The notes under the pieces: model-generated | Told to the model about the DNA's origin: nothing | The model's database searches: none | Seen by the model: the letters and a program-made list of their open reading frames with translations, nothing else | Shown here: positions 11,001 through 23,069 of the stretch, in pieces | How the letters are laid out: each line of letters begins with the position of its first letter | Position numbering within the stretch: position 1 is the stretch's first letter | Program-made: the position numbers and the translations under genes | NCBI GenBank assembly: GCA_054661495.1 | Contig: BAAFSQ010000050.1 | Span: 1 to 32,000 of the forward strand | Direction of reading: 5' to 3' | DNA from: Zygophlyctis sp. KS116 | Taxonomy: Eukaryota; Fungi; Chytridiomycota | Length of the DNA stretch: 32,000 nucleotides

Positions 11001-14000
11001 GGCTTAAATTGAAAATCAAATATAACCGATTTGTTGGATGATTCCAGCTTCAGCTTAAAATCTGGCGAGCCGCTTAGACTAAATATTTCAGAATCGTTTA
11101 CATCATTCAGAAATTTCAAAATAGACACTCCGTTATTAGTATCAATACTTTCAAAGTAAATCCAAAAAACTAAAGAGTAGCCAGACTGAGGAGGAAAAGT
11201 TCTGCATAAATCATCGATTTGTAGAGATCCGTCACGTTCTACAGATTCAAAATGAAAATACCCCATGTTTTTGGTGCAGGTGAATGCAGTATTCAGATAA
11301 TCCATAACCGCATCTTCTTTTTTATTTTCTGAAGAATCTTGGGGGTTGTAACTTGTTAACAGATATTTTACATTTTCTAGACTTATCCCTTTGACAAAGA
11401 AGATTTTGGTAAGCTTTTTAACGATTTCTAATGTTTGTTGTATAAATGGGGAGATATCCTCTGATTCTAACGTATGAAAGTAAAATTTTGTGAGAGCCAT
11501 AGGCAATAAAGCTTGCTGCATTTCAGAAAAAAATTCCATTTTTAATTGTGATAGATGATATAGTGATTGAATTATGCAAAATTGATAAATTCCATCAATA
11601 TCTGAAATAAGCGGCACGACTGAAACCAACAATGAAGGAGTTAAACTGCATTTTTTCAATCTCTTTACCTTTTCTGAAACATTATCATGAATACAGTGAC
11701 ATATATCTAAAATATTACAATCTGCTTCATCATTATATTCTAAGAAATTGAACATATCAATAAGCGACTCTTCCCGCAAGCAAATGGCAAAAAATGCCCC
11801 CAAATTAAGTAGAAATTTTGATCTTGAGCAATTTAGCAATTGCAAGACTCTGTCCTCATCGAGGTAAAAGTCAAAATCCTTAATAGCAGATATAATAGTT
11901 TCTATCCATTTTCTGTATATATCATCACTTGCATTTTCTAAGGAAATAGTAAAAAGTGAATTTGCACCATTAAATTCCTTGAAAGATTGCTTTACATCTC
12001 GAGATGATTCAAATGCCCCTCTAAGCAAAATCAATATTTCTCCTTGTATTTCAGCTGGTGAAGAAGGATAGAGAAGAATTTGAGTTAAAAAATGAAGCGC
12101 TGAGTTTTCCAAGAGTGTACCATTTTCAGAATTGCTTTCAAAGTCGAGTAAAACCTTTTGTTAGTTGAGGGCTACATACCTTTACTACTTTCATAGTGTC
12201 TTGTTGGATATTTTCTATAGAAAGACAATCATAAATTGCTCGATTAATATCATGGCGAAAGTACGTTTGATTTTTAGGATCTTGCAAGAGGAGAATCAAA
12301 AGATCAACAATTCTAGGAAAACTTTCAATAAGTGTAAAAGGGAATTCTAATGAAGTAGATGATTTTCCCCGCGATGAAGGCGAGTAAGTCTGAGAAAAAT
12401 TGTTGATGATTTTGACAATAATGTCTAAAATGCCAATTTCCCTAAAGACAAGTAGCATTCTCTGATCTTTTTGAATGCGATTACTCAAAAATTCACAAAT
12501 TTCATCGACTACAAGCTTGGCATTGTCTTGATGAAAAACGGTTAATAAGAGTGTGAATTCCTAATGCATTATAAAAAGAAAAATACCTTGTAGGGAACGT
12601 AATTCAGTTCTGACATTATGAAATCTAAAATGTTGAAAACGTATTTCTAAAAGTTATAGAATTATAATTACACGGAGATGAGCTGAAAGAGTAACAATAT
12701 GACTAATAATATCCTTAAACAGTTCAGTCTTGAATAATATAAAATAGTTTATATGATCAGCCTTTAGAATATCCAAGATTGTTTCCAAAAGCAAATATTT
12801 TAGACTATCTGATTGCGATTCTTTAACGAGTTGAGAAATTATTGCAGTAGCCTTTAAATTCTGAGCAATAAGAGATTGATTTGCTTGCAGACTCGGAAGA
12901 TGAAAATCCTTGTGCTGAAATAGCAAGTCTGTATCATCCAATTCATAATTAGGAATTTCCACGGATAAAAATATTAACGAATACAGGGATCTGACAGATG
13001 CCTAGAATAAACCAAAAACAAAATTACTTGCTCATGAATAGAAGTTGAAGATGAATTTAATAGCTGCTTCAAAACCAAATATCCATTTTCAGATTCAAAA
13101 TCCACAAAAAGAATATTTGAAAACATTAAGGATCCCTAAAATTAAATATTAAAAAAAACCTTTAAAAGCTGAATCACTAGAGAAAATAATAAAAATGCCT
13201 TTTCAATATTTTTCTTGGATATACAATCTGTCACCCATTTCAAAATTCTCTCCATTAAACCAGCCTGATGAAATGAGGTAATTGTCTCCAATGTAAATGA
13301 GACTGATTTCCCAAAATTACGAATTATTTGGGAAATAAATTTCCCTAAAACTCTTTGATTCTCTAGAGAGTAATCTACTTGACCAAGAATTTCAAAGAGA
13401 AATGACTGATCTCCAATATCTTCCAAAGATAAATCAAAAACCGCCGAATTTAAATCAGCTATTGAAGATAATAATTCCCTTAAAACATCAGTATTATGTA
13501 AAGCATTCAAATCTGTTATTTCAGATTCTGATTTTTCTTGAAGCCTATTCTTAATCTTTAAAAGACTTGATTTTAAAAATTCCATAATTTTCAATTCTAT
13601 AAAAATAACAGAAACAGATTCATGCTTTGTAATACAAGTACAGTGCAGTACTGAAATCGCAGTAATAAATTCCTTGATTACTGTTTGCGTAGAAAAAACA
13701 GATTCTAACTTTTTAAAATCATTTTAGCAAATACCCTGATCCAACATATCAATCAATTGCTTAAGAACCAAACAACTGATAGTCTTTAATTCATTAGGCC
13801 TATTATAAGAATAAAATAGTATATACACTAATTTGAGGTCTATAGCATTTCCAAGAGAGTAAATCGATAAAAATTGCGTATTGAATTCATGAATGATATG
13901 CTCTCTCTCCTATTGATTAATGATATTTAATTTTAATAATGATAAAAAAAATGAATTACCTTGCTAGATACCAATTTTTGAATCAATTTACCCACCAACT

Positions 14001-14132
14001 CTTTTATCCTTTCTCGGTTTCTAGAAATTAGATGTAATAATACTTTATCGAAGTGTAATTATCAGTCTTTTCAGCAGAGATTCTAGCAGGTCTATCCGAT
14101 TTACGACCGAGAGCATTAGCAATCCAATCCAT
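5011..14132 (-). CDS. Large BEACH-domain protein (ConA-like, PH-BEACH, WD40, C-terminal FYVE-like zinc finger); WDFY3/ALFY/Bph1-like
   Basis: BEACH motifs [37 protein letters not shown] and VKELIPEFFY, followed by WD40 repeats and a Cys-rich C-terminus. ORFs 13142-13594, 12654-12962, 12138-12488, 10280-12112, 5736-9959 and 5011-5721 join through about 13 short introns. Inferred start MDWIANALGRK at 14132. Confidence 0.9.
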
Positions 14133-14161
14133 TCTCGCGCTATAGGAAAATAACCAATATT
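14133..14161. promoter_or_regulatory. 29-bp divergent spacer, candidate bidirectional promoter
   Basis: TCTCGCGCTATAGGAAAATAACCAATATT lies between two head-to-head ATGs and contains CGCG and CCAAT. Confidence 0.55.
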
Positions 14162-15874
14162 ATGTCACGATTAGCAATATCCAAGGATATAATCTTTGCA
14201 TTGGTTGTTGGAAAATATATTTTAAGATTTGTGAATAATCTTAAAACATTTGGATTATTCGGTCTTGCTACCAAGTTGTATGCTCTCTTGAAAATTGTAA
14301 ATTGTAAACTCTGACTGGTAGAAGATTATATCATTGGCTCGATCATTCATTCCAGGAGTAGAAGCTCAAGTACAAAAACAAATCGCAGAGACGGTAGCTT
14401 CCATTCATAAGAATATGATTTCTCATTCGTTAAAGTCAATCAAGGAATTACCAAAATCAGGCATAAATTCAGGCCAATTAAGAAAAGATTTGGTAAAATA
14501 TAAAGATTTGGGTAAAGATGTTTGGAAATCTGGAAAAGTGTCCGGAGCAGTTTATAATGGAGGATCTATAGAATTTAATAATTTGGTTTCAGAAGCTTTT
14601 GCAACGTTTGCAGTCTCAAATGTACGTATTTATGTATTTAATTATAGCCATTACATCCTGAAATTTTCCCTGGGCTTCGGCAAATGGAAGCTGAGATTAT
14701 ATCAATGGTTTTAGGTCTATATAATGCTCCTCAAGGGGGATGTGGATCTGTGACTTCTGGTGGGACAGAGTCGATATTAATGACTATGAAGGCACATCGT
14801 GATTTAGGGAAATCTAAAGGCATTTATAATCCTGAAATTATTGTTCCAATTACTGCTCATGCTGCTTTTGATAAAGGAGCTGATTATTTCAATATAAAAT
14901 TGATTCATGTTCCTGTAGATCAAGTCACAGGGCAGGTTGATGTGAATAAAGTAAAGAGGGCAATTAATAGTAATACAGTCTTGGTAAAGATAAATTTTAT
15001 TAAATTTTAGATTGTAGGATCTGCTCCAGGATTTCCACATGGGATTATTGATCCTTTGGAGAAATTATCAGATTTAGCAGTTCAAAAGAAAGTTGGGTTT
15101 CATATTGATGCTTGTTTAGGAGGATTTTTAATTCCTTTTATGGAAGAAGCAGGTTTTGATCTTGGATTTCCTTGTGATTTTCGTTTAAAAGGTGTTACTT
15201 CAATCTCAATAGATACTCATAAATATGCATTTGCTCCTAAAGGTACTTCTGTGATATTGTATCGGAGTAAAGACATTAGAAATTATCAGTATTTTGTATC
15301 TACAGAATGGCCTGGTAATATAATTTTGATTTATAAGTAGGAGGTGTGTATGCTTCTCCAACGATTGCAGGATCACGTCCAGGATCTCTTATTGCTGCTT
15401 GTTGGACTACACTACTGTCTTTTGGAAAATTAGGATATATTGACTCTACGAGTAAAATAATTTCAGCAGCAAAACAGCTAAAGGAAGGGTATAATCTAGT
15501 ATATTAATTTTAGAATTTCTAAAATCCCAAATCTGCACTTGATAGGAGATCCTTTGCTTTCTGTTGTTGCTTTCTACGCTAGTGGACCAATTAAAACTTA
15601 TGCGATTGCAGATATCCTTACACGTCGTGGATGGCATTTAAATATTCTACAATTTCCTTCTTCTATACATTTTGCTTGTACTCTTCTGACAGTTCCGATT
15701 GTACAAGATCTTTTATCGGATATACAAGATGTAGTAGAAATTCTGATAAAAGACCCTAATGCTGGAAATGGAGATATATCTGCAATATATGGTACTGCTG
15801 CATCTGTACCTGATAGATCAATTATTTCAGACGTATCAAAGGGATTTTTGGATGGATTGACATTGAACTCTTAA
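14162..15874 (+). CDS. DPL1: Sphingosine-1-phosphate (dihydrosphingosine phosphate) lyase, PLP-dependent
   Basis: Motifs [39 protein letters not shown] (PLP lysine) and GSRPG. Introns 14297-14321, 14622-14647, 14984-15010, 15315-15340, 15489-15513. Confidence 0.95.
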
Positions 15875-15948
15875 AATTAAATCGTGTTTCAACAGTTTTA
15901 AGTCTAGGTGAGTTGACATGCTCTGGTTGAGGTGGACTTGCGAAAAAA

Positions 15949-17563
15949 ATGCTAAAGTGGATTGTTGCATTGTTGTTGCCATTGACTCAATCGTCATTTA
16001 TTGAAAGATTCGAGTCTTTGGATAATTGGATAACTTCAAGCGCTCAAAAAGGGGAAGCTGAAGCGTACACTGGGCTTTGGGAATTGGAAGCTGCTCTTGA
16101 AAATGCTCTTTCGGGGGATAAAGGACTTGTTGTTAAAAGCGCTGCTCATCATTCTGCGATTTCAGCAATTTTCAAAGAGCCACTTGATCCAACAGGAAAG
16201 CCTTTGGTTATTCAGTACGATGTTAAATTCCAGAAAGGATTGGAGTGTGGTGGCGCTTACATGAAATTATTGAGATATGATCCAGAGTTTAAATCCAGTC
16301 TTTTTGATGATCAGACGCCTTATACCATCATGTTTGGACCTGATAAGTGTGGAGATACTAACAAGGTATTTGATAACGTCTAAAATTAGGTTCACTTTAT
16401 CTTCAATCACAAAAATCCTAAAACTGGTAAGTATGAGGAAAAACATTTCAAATCTGCTCCTAGAATTCTAGATGACGGATTTACTAATCTATATACTCTA
16501 ATAGTATATCCAGATAATAAATTTGAAATCTTGATCAATCAAAAGGTTGAAAGAAAGGGAAACTTGTTGGAAGATTTTGTGCCTCCTGTTAATCCTTCAG
16601 AATTTATTGATGATGCCTCAGATGTTAAACCAAAAGACTGGGTTGATCAAGCTAAAATTCATGATCCTTCTGCAGCCAAGCCAGAAGATTGGGATGAAGA
16701 TGCACCTGCTCAAATTCCTGATATGAGCGTTGAAAAACCTCAAGATTGGTTGGAAAATGAGCCTGATTTTATTCCTGATCCAAATGCCGTCAAACCAGAA
16801 GACTGGGATGATGAAGAAGATGGTATCTACAAGTTTTACTAAATTCTATAGGTGAATACGTAGCTGGAATGGTTCCAAATCCTAAATGTGTCTCTGGTGG
16901 TTGTGGACCATGGAAAAGACCAATGATTCCTAATCCAGCTTACAAGGGAAAATGGAATCAACCCATGATTGATAATCCTGCTTATAAAGGAGAATGGAAA
17001 CCTCGTAAAATCCCAAATGTGAATTATTTTGAAGATAAACATCCTGCTAATTTTGAAAAACTTGTATTTTTTTTGGTTTATAATCTTTAAGGGAGCTATA
17101 GGATTTGAATTATGGACTATGCAAGGAGATATCATGTTTGATAACATTTATGTTGGACAATCTATTGAAGAATCTCAAAAATTAGCAGAAGAAACCTATA
17201 AATTGAAACGTGTAGCTGAACCTTCCAAGTTATCTGATCCAGTTGAAGGGGTAAATACATGCAATTTAAACTTTTTAGAATGCGAATAGCGTAATGTCTC
17301 ATTTAAATCGAGGAGTAGAAATACTAAAACGTGAAGGACCTCTATTTATGCAACTGTTATCCAAGAATCCTATTGAAGCAGTTAAGAAACATCCTTCTGT
17401 CTTTACCTTTTCTTTACTAGCATCATTGCTTGTAATGTTATTGGTGTACCTCTTGTTTTCGAGATCTTCATCAGAAAAAGAGACTTGTGAACCTGAAGAA
17501 AAATCTGGTGAACCTGAAGAAGATGATGATAAGACTGTACAGGAAGCAGATGAAAACGAATGA
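15949..17563 (+). CDS. CNE1: Calnexin
   Basis: Signal peptide, [23 protein letters not shown]-domain repeats KPEDWDE and NPAYKGxW, GFELWTM, a C-terminal transmembrane segment and an acidic tail. Four introns of 24-29 nt. Confidence 0.95.
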
Positions 17564-17622
17564 AAAATCAAGTAAAAATGATGTAAAATTGACATTTGAA
17601 TTTTTGCAGCGAAAATTTAAAA

Positions 17623-18852
<1,230 letters not shown>

Positions 18853-18853
18853 A

Positions 18854-21673
18854 TTAATCCCATTCATCTTCTGCACAACCTTCCATTTCATCTTGTTCAA
18901 GTTTGGTATTCAATTTAGATGCTTGCTCAATCATTGATTTTATCGCATCGTCTTTCTTGTCTTGCTCTGTTCGTTCTTTTTCGTAAATGATGGCTTTCTT
19001 TTCGGTTTGAACAGATACCCGCTCGGATACTACAATTTAAGATTTTTGAGTTTATCTTACACAAAGGCATACCAGTTGGTCGCAAATCAATCAATTTTAG
19101 GCTAGGAATACTTCCATTTAGCCAATCTTTTGCTGATAAATATGGATGTTCGTTATCAATAGTCGGACAAAATATATCATCCTGAAAATGATCTTTATGC
19201 AATCGTGGTACTTTGAAGGATATTTTATCAATAGAAGAGGACGTGAGCCTATATCCAGACATAATTTCCACAGCTGCAACATCACATAGCTTTTTAGGCA
19301 GAAACTGGATCGATTGATGCTGGGGAGGACAATCATATCTTGATGAAAATTGAGGCTTCCCATCCTCTCCTATTTCATAAAATGATACATATGAATCCCC
19401 CTTAAATTAACATATTATAAATATACCCGTCCCGCAAGAGCAATAAGTCCCGTGTCTTTATCATAATAGGGAGAGACAAGCGATGGAGAAGTGCCAATAT
19501 TTAAGGAGCAACATGGTTCAGACAAGTTTTCAAGATTGTATACTTTTAATTCTCTAGAATTCGCTCTATGAATTTAAAAAAAGGATAAATGTACTTTCCA
19601 AATCCAAAGGTGCATATTCGACCAGTGTCACCAAGCCAAAAGATTCGAGATGCTTTCAATCCTTCATGACCCTCCCAGCTCTAAATGTTAAGAATTTTAT
19701 AATTAATCATACCTTGACCAATAATCCCTTTTTATTAAAGACACGAACAGTTCTGTCCCGGCAAACGGATCCAATATTATAACCGTCAAAACTGAAAGCT
19801 GCTGCCAAAATCTAAAATCAATATTAAGAAAACTACATTATCTGGGTGAATCAACTCCAGAATCACTGATTTATCTTTGAGATTCCATATCTTTATGGCA
19901 GAAGATCCAATTTCAGGCGAAGCAGAAAGTAGAATATCTGATGCCAAATGATGAAATTGAAGCAGTGAACAACGGCTTGAATGGGCATTAATCGTTTCAT
20001 CTGGACTGGTTATATCTTGCTCCAGCGCCGTGGTAGAAATCGTCCAAAAACGAATCTTTCCATCTTCTGTTGCCGTGGCAAGTCTGTAGTTATTAAAAGG
20101 ATCAAATTTAAAATCACAGACTTCAGATCCTACAATTATATCAAAGTATACTACCGCAAATAACGCTCGGTATTCTTACCGGCACTCTGCCCACATCTTT
20201 AGTAAACCATATACCAATTCGACCACCGGCGCCAGTTAATGAGAAGGCCATGATATCTTTATTCGCTTCAAATCCATTTGATTCGTTTGTGATGTTTGGG
20301 TTAAGATTACTTAAATCTTTAAATTGAACATCTATTTTGCCCTCTACAAAGCGATATGATGAAGATTTAGGTAGATTAATACTTTTAGCTACTGGCTTGG
20401 AAGCTTCGGTATATACTAAAGATTGCTGCTCTAAATTTCCTTTCGATGTTTCATTGTTTATCGTGGGTGCCGTTTCATCATCTTTTGCAGCCACTTTTTC
20501 CAAATCATGTGTGGGCTGTCCATTTTTTCTTGGATCCAAAGAAGTTAAGTCTGGAGAATTAAGAATTCCTTGTTCCCATTCTAAGCTTGTTGTATTAGAA
20601 ATTTCAGAGAATGTATCTGGGAATATATCCGAGTGAAAATCGCTGTAATTCTTTCTTGGAACTATTACAGAAATGGGTAATAAGCTGGAACCACCATCGG
20701 ATATCACTAGAATTCTATCAATTTCTCCAGACATTACATCACAAGCTCTTTTGGGTATCAGACACGAACCTGTAATACTATTACCAATAGTTGCATTTGG
20801 GAATTCCTGCACTTTCAATTCTTCTATTTGGGCCCATCTAATTACTGAATCACATTTTCCCATCATGAAAATCAAGTCTGTATCCATATCATACAAAGGA
20901 GTAATGACCCCTGTTGAAGCATCTATTTTATGTGTACTAATTGGTCGAGATAAATCTCTAAAATCCCATAAACAGAACTCTCTTTCCCTTCTGGAGCTAA
21001 ATCCAGTTGTTATAGCATTTCCGTTTTTTATACCAACAACTTTTGATGGTTTTATCCCAGAATGGCAATTCCCTTGAGACTCGCATTTAGAAGACTTGAC
21101 ATCCCATAGCCTAATAATATTATCTTTTGATACTGTGACTGCTTGAGAACCTTGACTAGTCCATGCTAAACTTTGGATTTCAGACACTGCATCAAACGAG
21201 TTAAATACGCATGATGTTTCCACATTATACACCAAAAGACTATTATCGGTTGATGCGACCAAAATATTAGCAGCGATATTATTAAATCTAATAATATTCA
21301 CAGCTTTTCCTAAAGAATGATAAGAAAGTAGAGATTCATTTTCGTAAATCTTTATAGAATCCTCTGTTCCTGCCGCTAATAAGTTCCCATGAGCAGACAC
21401 AAAACGACTATAGTCTAAATCTCTTACAGCACCTGCATTAATATTATAATCTAGTGCATTTCCCTCCTGGAAGGATGTTATTGCTATCCCATTACAAAAT
21501 GAATACGCAACAGAGTTCGGACAAGCACTGAGCGCAGGTTCATTTGATGATGGTTTTGCCAATGTCTTCCAATTGTGTTTCTTTGGAACGTTAAAGCTAC
21601 AATTTCTTTCTGTGAGAGGACATCATACTCACCTGTATTTTGATACGTTTCCAAATCTAGAATTGGAGCTCAT
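18854..21673 (-). CDS. Tandem coronin (coronin-7/POD-1 type)
   Basis: N-terminal SKYRN, two coronin propellers (VPRKNYSDFHSDIFPDT and VPRLHKDHFQDDIFCPT) and the C-terminal acidic EQDEMEGCAEDEWD tail. Seven introns of 25-32 nt. Confidence 0.88.
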
Positions 21674-21694
21674 GAAACAATTTCCCGAAAGAAT

Positions 21695-22870
21695 TTACGA
21701 CACTTTATAATATTCATAACCTTGCAAATCCAAATCTGCAATGTTAAAGTTCCATCCACTCTTAAATAATTCACTTGTAAACTGTCCTAAAATCTTTGAT
21801 TTTTCTAATTGATTAGTCTGATCAAGAACTGCAAGGAGATACGCCTTTAGAATTGTTTCACGGCTTAATCCTCTTGAAAGAAAGATAAATCTCTTCTTCT
21901 GATCCTTGATCACGACTGTATCTTGATTTTGAAACTTTTTAATTACTATTGCCTGATCTTGCAATCCAAGTTTATAAATACTTTCTCCAATATAAATATT
22001 ATCATTATAAAACCTTAGAGACTCTTTCCTTGCGACAACTTCCGGACTTGGTATTGATCCTTTGGTAATATAATGATCAAATATAATTCTAGCTCTCTGC
22101 CTATTAATATTTACAAGTATAACAGCAGATATGGCTAAATAATTAAAATACAAATGTAAAGATCCTAATACAATAAATATCATCCAAACCTTTAGATTTT
22201 CAAGCGGAATAAATTGTATTAGATAAGATCCAATAATCATTCCTATTAAATTAACTAGAGTCTCTTGACTTCCATCCTTTGCATCCAAATCAGCTGTATT
22301 TCCTTTAATAGCAAAATGATTTGTTAGTGCACTTTTGGTGGCACCACCAGCAACTGCAGTTAATGTCTTGAAAATCACTGATAATGATGCAAAAAGAGTA
22401 AAAACCATCTTATTTTCAAATGATGCAGCAGTGAAATCTAGAGCATATCCAATATTATTAAAGAAATCTGCTGCATATCTCCAACTTTTAAGCTGCGATG
22501 AGAATTTATATGAATAGATATACGCAAAGATTATCCTTGAGATCATATGAATCCCATCTCTTAATGTCCATGTTAGCAATGCATGTAGAACTGATGAATT
22601 AGAGTCGCCAACGCCAAATCCACGGAGCATTGATCTAGTTGACAACATCCCTATAAAAGAAGAACAAAAGGCCTGAAGAGTATCATAAGTCTGGTAATCA
22701 ATATAATCACTAGAAACTGTTTGTGGATATCCGACTGGAAGAAATGCACTTTTGAACAATAATATTAAACTGGATTCTTTTGAGAGTGATTTATTTTGTA
22801 CATTCTTGGTTTGTTCTTGCAGAGAGTATTCCGATATATCATTCAAAGCTCTACTTTCAATAATCTTCAT
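21695..22870 (-). CDS. RUS1 / DUF647 family membrane protein
   Basis: Motifs FLPVGYPQTVSSDYIDYQ, GFGVG, LRDG, AGGATKSALTNHFA and AKDGSQET. Intronless 391-aa ORF. Confidence 0.9.
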   Translation of the reverse strand: MKIIESRALNDISEYSLQEQTKNVQNKSLSKESSLILLFKSAFLPVGYPQTVSSDYIDYQTYDTLQAFCSSFIGMLSTRSMLRGFGVGDSNSSVLHALLTWTLRDGIHMISRIIFAYIYSYKFSSQLKSWRYAADFFNNIGYALDFTAASFENKMVFTLFASLSVIFKTLTAVAGGATKSALTNHFAIKGNTADLDAKDGSQETLVNLIGMIIGSYLIQFIPLENLKVWMIFIVLGSLHLYFNYLAISAVILVNINRQRARIIFDHYITKGSIPSPEVVARKESLRFYNDNIYIGESIYKLGLQDQAIVIKKFQNQDTVVIKDQKKRFIFLSRGLSRETILKAYLLAVLDQTNQLEKSKILGQFTSELFKSGWNFNIADLDLQGYEYYKVS

Positions 22871-22970
22871 TCTTTTCTCTGATGCCTCCGCAAATTAAAT
22901 TATGAGTGATCAATGATGAATGGACAATACTCAGTGTACAAAAGAAAGGAAATGCATCATGGATCATGGC

Positions 22971-22978
22971 TATAAAAG
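22971..22978 (+). promoter_or_regulatory. TATA-box-like element upstream of NOP58
   Basis: TATAAAAG about 100 bp before the NOP58 ATG. Could occur by chance in AT-rich DNA. Confidence 0.3.
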
Positions 22979-23069
22979 GTAAAGATTTATTATCGTAATT
23001 GCAATCTGGACATGCGCAACTTCAACGCAACCCCTGCAATTGCAAATTCTCTTTTTTTTCTAATCTGCA

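Noticed and set aside
16600-17010. Repeated DNA motifs in calnexin
   Set aside because: These are the expected P-domain protein repeats, not a CRISPR array or mobile repeat.
22965-22992. Minus-strand AAATCTTTACCTTTTAT resembling U5 snRNA loop 1
   Set aside because: The loop differs from GCCUUUUAC and the closing stem strand is absent.
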